Source of the DNA: Felis catus
Taxonomy: Eukaryota
Assembly: GCF_018350175.1 (NCBI RefSeq)
Contig: NC_058372.1
Span: 99,202,001 to 99,266,000 of the forward strand
Length of the DNA stretch: 64,000 nucleotides
Reading direction: 5' to 3'
In this document: in pieces, positions 37,586 through 50,289 of the stretch
How positions within the stretch are numbered: position 1 is the stretch's first letter
Layout of the letters: each line of letters begins with the position of its first letter
Position numbers and translations under genes: made by a program
The notes under the pieces: model-generated
Database searches by the model: none
Told to the model about the DNA's origin: nothing
The model's input: only the letters and a program-made list of their open reading frames with translations

Positions 37586-38694
37586 AGAAATGTTACTGTT
37601 TGTGATAGAGGAAGATTGGGAACAACTTGTCAGTGGATAAATACACTGTGGTATATTCCTACAGCAGAATACCACGCCACGGGGGAAGTGAGGGAGATCC
37701 GTACGGGAGATACAGGAAGATCTTGAAAACATATTGTTGATGAAAAAAGAAGAAAGTAGTTAAATACATCATGGTGCAACCATACAATGATAATGTATGA
37801 ACATTATGTACCAAATGTTAAGATGTTCATGATATACTGTGAAAAGGGAAACGGGGATCCTTTGTGCCTAACGGAAATGTGTTTTAATAAAAGGAATACA
37901 TATATACGCTTAAATATACACTGAATATCTCTGAAAGGAATGGATAAATTGATTTCTTCTGGGGAATAGAACATAGGGGTTAGGTGAAGGGGAGGACATT
38001 TACTTTTTACTTTACACTCGGGTGCTGCACAATTTTTATCATGACTGTGTGTGTTCTTTTATAGCCATATTATTAATCCTGAGAAACTGTGCCCACAATG
38101 CTTCTCATCTGCTTATGTGCTTTCAGTCCAGCTCTCTGGGTGTATAATTGTGTGTTTAACAAGTATTCACCTGGATTTACATAGTCGTTTTGCAGGAACC
38201 TGCCACAGAGCCAGCATGTGGTTCAGGCGGTTCGTCTCCCTTTTAAATGCTGCTGCGTAACCCTCCCGGCTGGCCGGTGGGCTCAAGGGCTCACAGGAGC
38301 TGATTTAAAAGCTGAAAAAGACTCGGAAAATTTCAGGTTTTACTGGCTTCTGGTCACTTCTTTTCTTTCCAATATATTCAAAAGGCAGCGTCTCGCTCTA
38401 TTTCTTCTGCCCCTCCAAACAGGTAAGTTCTATCTGTGTTCATAATGTGATTGCACCGCAGAGAAATAATCTGTACCTTCCATACAATTAATATGTAACT
38501 ATAATGGGAGCTGAGAAATAGTAGCGATCATGGGGTGAAATACAGCTGCAGACCTTCTGTATTACAGATTCAGTTCTCTGGACAACCTTCCCCCTGTGAA
38601 ACAACTAAAGATGCCAGATGAAATTATTTAAGTGTTCTCATTTATCCAAATTTAAATATATAACAAAATGTTAAATTAAGAGTTTTGAGTGAGA

Positions 38695-38922
38695 GGGGCG
38701 CCTGGGGGGCTCAGTCGGTTGAGCGGTCCGACTTCGGCTCAGGTCACGATCTCGCGGTCCGGGAGTTCGAGCCCCGCGTCGGGCTCTGTGCTGACCGCTC
38801 AGAGCCTGGAGCCTGTTTCAGATTCTGTGTCTCCCTCTCTCTCTCTGCCCCTCCCCCGTTCATGCTCTGTCTCTCTCTGTCTCAAAAATAAATAAACGTT
38901 AAAAAAATTAATAAAAAAAAAG
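38695..38922 (+). mobile_element. Young feline SINE
   Basis: CpG-rich; perfect 15-bp TSD GAGTTTTGAGTGAGA. Confidence 0.95.
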
Positions 38923-39279
38923 GAGTTTTGAGTGAGACCCCAAAATGCAATAAATGTCAGGTGCAAAGCGAGTTATGAGACAGACCAAGATAAAGATGTC
39001 CATCACAGGTGGCCAAGAATACAATACACTGAAGACACAAAACAGCACAGTGACTTTCCACCTGGAACCCCGCTGCGGTGGGGCCTGGTGGGAGCTGTGC
39101 TATGCTATGAAGTGTGATGATGCCTCTCTCAAATCTAGTAAGAAGAGCTTCCAGAAAACCCCTTAGAGAGCTTGATATGTGTTCCTGGAAATTGTGAGAC
39201 ACAGGGCGCAGGCGACTCAGGGGTGAGGAAGCTTTAAAGGCAGAGGCCAGGGGCAGCAGGGCAAAAGGCAGGGGGGGTA

Positions 39280-40490
39280 CTTTTGAATTGTGATGAATCT
39301 GCATTCTAAAATTTATGTGGAAATGCAAGGCACCAGAATGGCCAAAAATCCTTAGAAGAAAAAACAACAAAGGAGGGCTTTGTATTATCTGATTTCAAGA
39401 TTTATTATAAAACATTTTGTTAACGTTCATTCATTTTTGAGAGACAGAGACAGAGCATGAGTGGGGGAGGGGCAGAGAGAGAGGGAGACACAGAATCAGA
39501 AGCAGGATCCAGGCTCTGAGCTGTCAGCACAGAGCCCGACGCGGGGCTTGAACTCACGAACTGTGAGATCATGACCTGAGCTGAAGTCACACACTCAACC
39601 GACTGAGCCACCCAGGCACCCCTCAAGATTTATTATAAAGCTACAGTAATTAAGACAGTGTGTGTTGGCATAAAGATAGACATATAGAGCAATTGAACAG
39701 AAAGTCCAGAAATAGATTTACATTTATACAGTCAATCATCTTTTGACCCCAAGGCAATTCAATGGGAAAAGGAAAATATTTTCAACAACCGGTGCTTGAA
39801 TAATTGGATGGTGAAAGAAAGAAGAAAGAAGAAAGAAAGAAAGAAAGAAAGAAGAAAGAAAGAAAGAGAAACGGAAAAAAAGAGAAAAAGATGATCTGAC
39901 TATAAAAAATTAACTTGAAATAGATCAAAGGTATACACATAGGAGTTAAAATTATATAACTGCAAAAAGATAACTGTACTAGTTATCTATTGCTAAGTAA
40001 CAATATTACCACCGATTTGGTGGCTTAAAACAACACACAGTTGTTATCTCACAATTTCTGCAGGTCAGGAGTCCAGGCATGGGTAGGTGAATCTTCTGCT
40101 TAGGGTCTCAGAAGACTGCAGTCAAAATGTCAGCCAGACGATCGTCTCATGCAAGACTCTACTAGAGACAGTTACTGGCAGAAGTCAGTTTCTTGCAGCT
40201 GTAGGACTCAGGACTTCAGTATCTTGCTGGCCACAGGCCAGAGGCAGCTCTTAGCTCCTAGATGCCACACGCAGTTCCTTACAATGAGGGGTTCCCTACG
40301 TGAATACTTGCTTCCTCGAAACCAGAGAGAAAGAGACCCCAGCAAAGTGGAACTTAAAATCTTAAGTCACATAATCACGTAATCACACGTAGTCATATAT
40401 ATATCATCCATTTTGCCATATTCTGTTGATCAGGAACAAGCCACAGGTCTTGCCCACACTCAAGGCCAAAAGCAATAGAACAATGAAAGA
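39280..40490. mobile_element. Old L1 ORF2 fragment with a SINE (39415-39623), (GAAA)n and an MLT1-type LTR (~39975-40465)
   Basis: L1 ORF2 phrases (TATAAAGCTACAGTAAT.AAGACAGTG); MaLR LTR phrase TGGCTTAAAACAACAC..TTATCTCACA. Confidence 0.7.
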
Positions 40491-40494
40491 AAAT

Positions 40495-41085
40495 ATATAG
40501 AAATCTTGCTGTTTGCAATGATGTGGGTGGAGCTAGAGTGTATTATGCTAAGTGAAACAAGTCAGAGGAAGAGAAATACCACGTGATTTCACTCCTATGT
40601 GGAATTTAAGAAACAAAACACATGAACATAGGAAAGGGGGAAAAGGAGAGGGAGGCAAATCATAAAAGACTCTTAATTACAGAGAACAAACAGGGTTGAA
40701 GGGGGGGGGAGGGGCTAAATAAGTGATGGGTATTAAGGAGGGTACTTGTGATGCACATTGAGTATTACCTGTAAGTGATGAATTACTAAATTCTACTCCT
40801 GAAACCAGTATCACACTGTATGTTAACTAACTAGAATTTAAATAAAAATTTAAAAATAAAAGAAAAAGAAATTAAAAAAAATTGTTTATGTTTATCTATT
40901 TCTGAGACAGAGACAGAGCATGAGTGGGGGAGGGGCAGAGAGAGAGGGAGACACAGAATCAGAAGCAGGCTCCAGGCTCCGAGCTGTCAGCACAGAGCCT
41001 GACGCGGGGCTCGAACCCACAAACCGTGAGATCATGACCTGAGCCAAAGTCGGTTGCTCAACCGACTGAGCCATCCAGGCACCCC
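40495..41085. mobile_element. Carnivore L1 3' end (+) with an antisense SINE inserted in its A-tail
   Basis: L1 3' UTR ending AATAAAAATTTAAAAA; SINE TSD AAGAAAAAGAAATT. Confidence 0.85.
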
Positions 41086-41209
41086 AAGAAAAAGAAATTT
41101 TTAAAGAAAGTATATAGCTTTTCTGCACTGATAGGGGGAAAAATGTACATGACCATAGAAATCCTTTGTTTATTTGTTTGTCTGTTTAAAATAAAAAAAT
41201 AGTTCTACA

Positions 41210-41420
41210 AGGGTGCCTGGGTGGCTCAGTTAGTTGAGTATCCACTCTTGATTTCAGCTTGGGTCATGATTTCATGGTTATGGGATTGAGCTCCACATCT
41301 GGCCTTGAGCTGACAGCATGAAGCCTGTTTGGGATTCTCTCTCTCCCTCTCTCTCTGCCCCTCCCCTGCTCCCACACAATTGCTCTCCCTCTCTTTCTCT
41401 CAAAATAAATTTTTTCTAAA
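41210..41420 (+). mobile_element. Can-SINE
   Basis: TSD AGTTCTACAA. Confidence 0.88.
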
Positions 41421-41482
41421 AAGTTCTACAAAGTTATTTCTTGTATGTTGATTTGCATGGTGGTATCTTTTCCATGTATGCT

Positions 41483-44400
41483 TTTTTTATTTATTTATTG
41501 AGGAATAGTTACTATACAATATTATATTAGTTTCAGGTGTACAACATAATGATTTGATATTTGTATATACTATGAAATGATCACCACAATAATTCTAGTT
41601 AACATCTGTCACCACACATAGTTACAGAATTATTTTTTCTTGTGATGAGAATGTTCAAGATTTACTGTCTTAGCAACTTTCAAATACACAATACAGTATT
41701 ATCAACTATAGTCCTCATGCTGACTTATTTATTTGATAACTGGAAGTTTGTGCCTTTGACTCCTTTCACCCATTTCGCCCACTCCCCCCAACCCCCACCT
41801 CTGGCACGAACTTGTTCACTCTATCTATGTTTTAGTTTTCTTTTTTTTTAGATTCCATATATAAGTGTGATCACACAGTATTTGTTTTTCACTGTGTGAT
41901 TTACCTCACTTAGCATAATGCCTTCAAGGTCCATCCATGTTGTCACAAACGGTTAGATTTCATTCTTTTTATTATTGAATAATATTCTATTATATATGTG
42001 TGTTTGTGTATATATATATATGTATGTGTGTGTGTGTGTATATATATATACATATATATACACACATTTTTTTAAGGTAGGCTCCACACCCAATGGGGGG
42101 TTTGAACTCATGACCCCAAGATCAAAGAGTAGCATATTCTACTGACTGAGCCCACCAGGTGCCCCCTTTACATTTTTTAAAACCCATTTCATTGATCAAT
42201 GGACACTTAGGTTGTTTCCATATTTGACTATTGTAAATAATGCTGCAATGAACATGATGGTACATATTATATCTTTTTGAGTTAGTGTTTTTGTTTTCTT
42301 TGGATAGATATCCAGAAGTGAAATTGTTGCATTAGATAGCATAGCTCGATTTTTAACTTTTTGGGGAACCTCAGTGTTGTTTTCCATAATGTCTGCACCA
42401 ATTTACATTTCCACCAACATTGCACAAGGGTTCCCTTTTCCCCACAATTTTACCAGCAATTTGTTATCTCTTGTCTTTTTGTAATAGCTATTCTAACAGG
42501 TGTAAGGTAGTATCTCATCACGATTTTGATTTGCATTTCCCTCATGATTAGTGATTTGAGCATCTTTTCATGCACTCGTTAGCTGTCTGTTTAGGATATT
42601 TAGACAAATGTCTATTCAGATCCTCTGCCCACTTTTTAATTGGATAGTTTAGTTTTTTGCTATTGAGTTATAGGAGTTCTTCATATATTTTGGATATTAA
42701 CCCCTTATTGGATATGTTATTTGCGAATATTTTCTCCCATCCAGTATGTTGCCTTTTCATTTTGTTTTTGGTTTCCTTTGCTGTGCAGATGCTTTTTAAT
42801 TTGATGTAGTATATCTTTGCTTTTGTTGTCTTTGCTTTTGGTGTCAAATCCAAAAAATCATCCAAGATCAAAGTCAAGGAGTTTACCGCTTATGTTTTCT
42901 TCTTCTAGGAGTTTTCAGGTTTCAAGTCTTGCGTTCAAGTCTTTAATCCATTTTGAGTTAAGTTTTGTGGACGGCGTAAGGCAGTGATCCAGTTTCATTC
43001 TTTTGCATGTGGCCGTCCAGTTTTCCCAACACCATTTATTGAAGAGATTGTTCTTTCTACATTGTATATTCTTGCATCCTTTGTCAGAAATTAATGTTCC
43101 ATAGACGCATAGGTTTATTTCTTGGGTTTCTGTTCTGTTCCATTGATCTATGTGTCTCTTTTCATGCCAGTATCCTCCTGTTTTGATTACTATTCCTTTG
43201 TAATATAGTTTGAAAACCAGGGAGAGTGATGCCTTAAGCTTTGTTCTTCTCAGACTGCTATAGCTTAGGGTTTTTCGTGGTTCTATACAAACGTTAAGAT
43301 TGTTCTATTTGTCTGCAAAAATGTCATTGGAATTTTGACAGAGATTGCATTGACCGTGGATTGCTTTGGATAGTATGGATATTTTGACAATATTCTTCCA
43401 ATCCATGAATATGCATATCCTTCCATTTATTTGTGTTGTCTTCAATTTCTTTTATCAACGTCTTATAGTTTTTAGAGTACAGGTTTTTCATCTCCTTGGT
43501 TAAATTTATTCCTACGTATTCTATTATTTTTTATGCAATTGTAAATGGAATTATTTCCTTAATCTCTCTCTTTTTTTATTAAAAAAAAATTTTTTTTAAA
43601 AAATTTTTTTTTTCAACGTTTATTTATTTTTGGGACAGAGAGAGACAGAGCATGAACGGGGGAGGGGCAGAGAGAGAAGGAGACACAGAATCGGAAACAG
43701 GCTCCAGGCTCTGAGCCATCAGCCCAGAGCCCGATGCGGGGCTCGAACTCACGGACTGCGAGATCGTGACCTGGCTGAAGTTGGACGCCCAACCGACTGC
43801 GCCACCCAGGCGCCCCTATTAAAAAAATTTTTTAATGTTTATTTATTTTTGAAGGAGAGAGAGACAGAGTGGAGTGGGGGAGGGGCAGAGAGAGAGAGGC
43901 ATAGAATCTGGAGCAGACTCCAGGCTCTGAGCCGTCAGCACAGAGCCTGACGTGGGGTTAGAACTCACAAACTGTGAGATCATGACCTGAGCTGAAGTTG
44001 GACACTCAACTGACTGAGCCACCCAGGCGCCCCTCTCTCTCTCTCTTTTTTTTTTTTTTTTAAGAGAGAGCACTGGTGCAAGTGGGGGAGGAGCAGAGGG
44101 AGTGGGAGAAAGAGAATCTCAAGCAGGCTCCACACCCAGCACAGAGACTGTTGTGGGACTCAGTCTCACAACCGTGAAATCATGACCTGAGCTGAAATCA
44201 AGAGTCGGATGTTTAACAAACTGCACCACCCAGGTGCCCCTTTAATTTTTCTTTCTGATAGTTCATTATTAGTGTATAAAAATGCAACAGATTTCTTTGG
44301 GGTGCTGGCTGGATCAGTTGATAGGACATGTGAGTCTTGATCTTGGGGTTGTAAGTTCAGGCCCCACACTAGATGTAGAGATTCCTTAAAAATAAGATCT

Positions 44401-44755
44401 TTAAAAAAAGAAATGCAACAGATTTCTGTATATTAATTTTTTGTTTCCTGCAACTTTACTGAATTCATTCTCTTAACAGTTTTTTTGGTAGGGTCTTTAG
44501 GGTTTTCTATATATAATATGTCATCTGCAGATAGTGACAGTTTTACTTCCTCCTTTCAAATTTGGATGCCTTTTGGGGGTATAGCTCAGGGGTAGAGCAT
44601 TTGACTGCAAATTTAGATGCCTTTTATTTCTTTTTCTTGCCTAATTACTCCAGCTAGGACTCCTAATATCATACGAATAAATGTGGTGAGAGTTGGGCAT
44701 CTTTGTCTCGTTCCTGACCTTGAAGGTAAAGCTTTAATGTTTTCACTGTTAAGCA
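41483..44755 (-). mobile_element. 5'-truncated L1 (3' UTR plus ORF2 3' part) with six secondary insertions
   Basis: ORFs 42196-42387 and 42668-42877 are L1 ORF2-like; SINEs at ~42068-42166, 43590-43816, 43828-44033, 44047-44240 and 44298-44410, plus the tRNA half. Confidence 0.9.
44575..44609 (+). pseudogene. Tailless retropseudogene: 5' half of tRNA-Cys(GCA)
   Basis: GGGGGTATAGCTCAGGGGTAGAGCATTTGACTGCA matches the first 35 nt of mammalian tRNA-Cys and ends at the GCA anticodon; flanked by CAAATTT(G/A)GATGCCTTTT duplications (44557-44574, 44608-44625). Confidence 0.9.
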
Positions 44756-44891
44756 TCCATGTATGTTTTTATTTCCATATTTAGGCTATAAGTTCCTGAA
44801 GAATAGGGACTATCTTACACTTTATAAGTCTTAAGGCACCCAGCAGCAGTGTCTCACATGTGTCAAACACTCAAGAAATATTTGGCTAGCG

Positions 44892-45085
44892 AGGCGCCTG
44901 GATGGCTCAGTCAGTTGAGCGTCAGACTCTTGATTTCGGCACAGGTCATGATCCTGGAGTCGTGAGATCGAGCGCCATGTTGGGTCTACTTGGGATTTTT
45001 TCTCTCCCTCTCTCTGTCTGCCCCTCCCTCCCACTCTCTCTCTCTCACTCTCTTTCTCGATCAAAATTAATAAACATTTAAAAAG
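44892..45085 (+). mobile_element. Can-SINE
   Basis: TSD ATATTTGGCTAG. Confidence 0.85.
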
Positions 45086-45591
45086 AGACATATTTGGCTA
45101 GAGAGTCAACTTTGCACGATGGAAAGTATGCAGGCTTATGGAATCAGGGGAAGACTAATTCACATCCCATCTCTGCCATTCACTAGCTGGGGAAACTCAA
45201 ACATACTTGATAGCTCTGAGCCTCAGTTTCCCTATATAACCCCATAGTTCTGAGATAAAATGGGATAATGTATATAAAGTACTGTTATTTATATATGTGG
45301 ATAACTATAAAACATTTAACATGAGTGAGTTTTAACACTAAGCAGAAAATTTAAATGCCAGCTCTCTGTAATGGGTATTTCTATGCATCTGTGACAATGT
45401 CATGATTTCTTTCCATTCCTGCTCCCCTAAGGATAACCCCACCCAAATGTACATGCGGTCAGTGCCCCAGCAATGACCCTTTTCTGCAAACCATCTTTGC
45501 CCTTGAATAAGCTTTTCACAAAACAAATCTAATGAATGACTATAAAATAAGCCAGGACGTCTTCTAAATTCTAATTATAATAATGTTTCTA

Positions 45592-45605
45592 CCACAAGAG
45601 GGCAC
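45592..45605 (+). promoter_or_regulatory. Candidate CTCF site
   Basis: CCACAAGAGGGCAC in non-repetitive DNA, a close match to the CTCF core. Confidence 0.45.
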
Positions 45606-46574
45606 AGTGGGACTGTGTATATTGCACGAAACAATGGACAATCCTAAAAGTTAGTATTACACAACAGGATACACTGTGCTTCAGTAACTGTTTTCATTTG
45701 AACATTGTTCTTATATACTTGAATTAATTCTACTCTTTGAAGCAAGAATAATTGAAAGCAGAATATTTCCACCATATCCTTCTGGAAAATCTTTTCTCAG
45801 GCTATAACTGCTAAGTACAAATGTAGCATCATTCTTTTCTGTTTAAAATAGCGATTCATCTCCTTTCCGGCAGACATTTCCTGTAGGGCCTTAAGAGGCC
45901 TTCTACCTCCACATCACTGTACATTGCCAGTTCTTGTTATGTTTCCTGTAGGCCATCAAGTTCATGGGTTTTATTATAGCCTTGCAAATTAGTAGAAAAA
46001 ATTTACTAGCCCATAAACATTTTATCAGCCTCATCTTGCTCCTGGGGGCGGATTGGTAACCAAACAGCTGAGAACACTGTTATGCATAACTTTCTCAGCT
46101 ATGAAACTAATGACTGTTATGCAACCATTCTTAACGTTTTACTTCATCCTTGCAAAGGGTGTGAATGTGCAGTGGACGTGGGCATGAATGTAACCAAGTA
46201 AGCCTGTAGCCCGTGTGCAATCTGTGGCATGCATGGCAAAAGTGATACACACACATGGATTTCACTGGCAAATGGAAATCAGCCTCCTTTGAAAAGTCTC
46301 ACTGGCCTCTCTCTGCTCAAGAGAATTACGGGCCAGAACATGTCAGTTCCTTCCACCTCCTCCTTGTCCCTCTGCTCCCCCTACTCTGCACCCAGATGCC
46401 AGAGGGAGAGAGGGTAGAACATAGGCACACTATGTTACAAAGGTAAATATTTGATCTCAAAGGTAAATTCCTGATCTCTGGACTGAGATCGATGCTTCCG
46501 CACTCAGGAAGCTGGCATCCAGGTGGTGTGGTGCCGTGGCCCAAGTCACTGTCTACTTGATTGTCCACTGTCAA

Positions 46575-47590
46575 CAGTGAAAATGAAGACAACCTACCGA
46601 ATAGAAGATATTTGCAGATGATATATCCAATAAAGGGCTAGTATCCAAAATTTGTAAAGAACTTCTACAGCTCAACACCAAAAAAAACCCACATCATCCA
46701 ATTAAAAATAGGCAGACACATGAATAGACATTTCTCCAAAGACATCCAGATGGCCAACAGACAAATGAAAAGATGCTCAACATCACTCATCATCAGGGAA
46801 ATGGAAATCAAAACGATACAATACAATCAAAACAGTAAAGTAAGATGTCACCTCATACCTGTCAGAATGCCTAAAATCAAAAACACGAGAAACAACCGTG
46901 TTGGCAAGGATGTGGAGAAAAAGGAACCCTCATGAACTGCTGGTAGGAATGCAAACTGGTGCAGCCACTGTGGAAGACAGTATGGAGGTTCCTCAAAAAG
47001 TTAAAAATAGAATTACCATATGATCCAGGAATTCCACTACTGGGTACTTACCCAAAGACTATGAAAGTACTAATTCAAACAGATACACGCACCCCTATGT
47101 TTATTGCAGCATTATTTACAATAGCCAAATTATGGAAACAGTCCAACTGTCTGATGATAGATGAATGAATAAAGAAGATGTGATATATATATACAATGGA
47201 ATATTTTTCTGCCATAGAAAAGCATGAAATCTTGCCATTTGCAATGATAGAGATGGGTATAGAGGGTATTATGCTAAGTGAAATAAGTCAGTCAGAGAAA
47301 GACAAATACTGTATGATTTCACTCATATGTGGAATTTAAGAAACAAAACAAATGAAAAAAGACAATCAAAAACCAGATAATACAGGGAATAAACTGGTGG
47401 TTACCACAGGGCAGGTGGGTGCAGGGATGGATGCAATAAATAGGTGAAGGGGATTAAAAGTATACTTACCAGGATGAGCACTGAGTAATCTATAGAATTG
47501 TTGAATCCCTATATTGCACAGCTGAAACTAATATAATATGGTAAGTTAATTATATTGGAATTACAATAAAAATAAATAAGTTTAATTTAA
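46575..47590 (+). mobile_element. Carnivore L1 3' end
   Basis: ORFs 46720-46935 and 46959-47168 match the L1 ORF2 C-terminus ([22 protein letters not shown]); 3' UTR and A-tail. Confidence 0.92.
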
Positions 47591-49867
47591 AAATGATAAT
47601 GTGTTGTTCCTTATTAAATAAGAGCAAAAATGGTTTTTCATGTGTGACAAAAAAATAAGATTGAGGGATACCTCTAGAGTGTTACTAGAGAGTTGGGGGT
47701 GGCATTGTCACTATACTTTTGCAAATACCTAGGGTCCTAGTGAAAGGTACAAAACTTGTTTCTCATCCAGCTGCACCTTTATTTCAACAATGCTTCTCAG
47801 ATGTCACCTTGTAGGAAATCTCCAAGTTCTAAAAACTGGTTTAGAGGTAGCCTGGCTCATGATGTGACGAATTGATAAACGAAGAGGCTCAATGTTCTTT
47901 AGGCAGGTTCTAAATGCCTGATATCTCAGGGAGAGACACCCAGCAACTGTCTATTCCTACCTAGCGAGGTATAAGATGCTGCTCTTGCTAAAAGTCATAG
48001 ACTAGACTATTTCCTCATATGTAAATCAATGCAGGTTGATGACCTGAATGAAGCTAAATTTATTAAAAGGAAGCAGATTGCAGGCAAATAAAATCCCAGG
48101 AAGATCTGAAATAACATGAAACTTGGTGTTGTAACCATTGTCTTACAGAATTGCTATGGTAACACGAGAGGAGGAAGCAAGGAAATTATTTGGCTGAGTC
48201 CTTCTGCAGGTTAAGGAGGGCTCTCTACTCATCTACAAGGCTTCCATGAGTCCTGCTAATACTGCTTTGCTCTGCACCACGAGGGTGATGATAACGGATG
48301 GTGTCCTCAGAGCATGTCTGAGGAAGGGAGAATTGCCAAGAATCATCTTCCGAATTCCAAATGGAGGAAACCAACTATCAGTGTTCAGGGCTCAAGAATA
48401 AATGGCAATAACTCAATAAATGGCATATCGAATTGGGTTTATGTTACCTAGCCACAAACCTATAGACACTTTGCATCTAGAGTGTCTTGTGTGAGTACCT
48501 GTGTCGAACTGACCCAAAGGTAACCTGCAGAGCTCTGACCAAGTAAGAAACTAAGCCATCTATTCTGAAAAACCGAAGTCTGACTTCAAGACCAAAAAAA
48601 CAGGAAAGAAAGAAAGAAGAGAAGAGAAGAGAAGAGAAGAAAAGAAAAGAAGGAAGGAAAGAAAGACTCCTTAATCTCCTCCAGAAACCTAGGGAGAGGG
48701 AGGGGGTGCATACCAATACTTGTGGCCACACAGAGAGAGGACTTAAATGGCCCAAGAAAAAATGTGCCATTCTAAGTGGAGAAGAAAACAGCTATTGTCT
48801 AACACTTAAATAAAAAATACTGTATAAACAGCTAACAGCTGTTTTTCGGCCTTTGCTTTTTAGAGCAAAAGCCAATAAAAGAAAAGACCTACTCTTTCAA
48901 ATGTGGTTTTTGTTCAGAGCCCAGATTTCCTACAACGAATTTCCAACCCAGAAGTAGGTCCTGTTTTGGATCGTCTTGTTTTGAAGACGAGGGAAACGAC
49001 AAAGTTTAGGATGACACCAAAGATCTGGGTGGAGGCTGAGCCAAACAGACTTTCCATACCAAGGGGGAGGCATATTTGTGTCGGAGGGAATTTTAGTGTT
49101 AAAAAACAGAAACCAGTGTTCTAAAAATCCTCCTCAGTAAGTGGATACTGTAAGGAAAAAGCATTCATTTTGCACACAGAGGTAGGAAACAAGGTGTGTG
49201 TCTTTGAGGTATTGTTGTTCGATTTCAGCACCCTTAACTACAAAGTCATCGAGGAGGGTAAATGGCATGGTTCATTCATTCGGTATACACGTATGTAAGC
49301 CACCTGATAAGACCAGGAGGACTCTAATAAGCACCCTTCTTGTAAATCAGGAAATTACAGGGGACTTTAAAAGGGATATTCATATGAAAAATTACTAGCT
49401 AAGTCTTATAATTATGAAGCCAGAGGAATAAAATCACAGTGAGGCGAGGCCTGGTTTATAAACAGACTCAAAGATAAGCCCTTATTTATTCCTTCTTGGT
49501 GCCTCTGTTAATGCTGTTTACTCCACCCTGAATACCAGCTTCAGTCCCTTACAGCTGATACTCCGGGTATGAGCTCTTCACTCATCACTAACTGTTTTAT
49601 TATATATATGTAATGTAGGTATACACACACACAACACCTATGAAGAATGACAGAAAGAGCCTTGAAATTTTCTTTCTCATATCTTTATTTTACCTTAAAA
49701 TGTTGACATGCAGGCTATGTTTGCTTCTGCATGTGTGTATCTTGCTGCTACGTCCATATGCCCTGAATATTATGAACACATGATACCCATTCCCAGTATC
49801 ATGGCAGAGCCGATCATCCAAAGGCTCTCCTGCTACAATTCTATTAGATCCTAAACCCAGTGTCATT

Positions 49868-50081
49868 TAAAAATTTTTTTAATGTTTATTTTTGAGAGAG
49901 ACAGAGAGACAGAACGTGAGTGGGTTAGGGGCAGAGAGGGAAGGAGACACAGAATTCAAAGCAGGCTCCAGGCTCCGAGCCATCAGCACAGAGCCCAAGG
50001 CAGGGCTTGAACCCACGAACCGCGAGATCATGACCTGAGCTGAAGTCGGACACCAAACCGATTGAGCCACCCAGGCGCCCC
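49868..50081 (-). mobile_element. Feline SINE
   Basis: TSD CAGTGTCATTT. Confidence 0.92.
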
Positions 50082-50289
50082 AAGACAGTGTCATTTTTAG
50101 TGCACGCTACTGGGCTTGCAGATAGAAAAGGAATCCTCCAGAGTCCAAAGAAATGAGCAGTGAGCTGAAATCCAAGTAAGGGTGGCAAGCACAGGACCAA
50201 ATTGAACACTGAGTCCTGGGCCCTTTGCAAGATGCCAAAGCCAAATTCAAGTCCTGCTTTCAACTCTAACCCTTGAAGGGAGCTAAATC

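Noticed and set aside
44575..44650. Functional tRNA-Cys gene
   Set aside because: Only the 5' half is present; no T-arm/B-box or 3' acceptor strand
4205..47168. Intact or active L1 or ERV ORFs
   Set aside because: All L1 and ERV coding fragments are short, truncated and interrupted by stops, frameshifts or insertions
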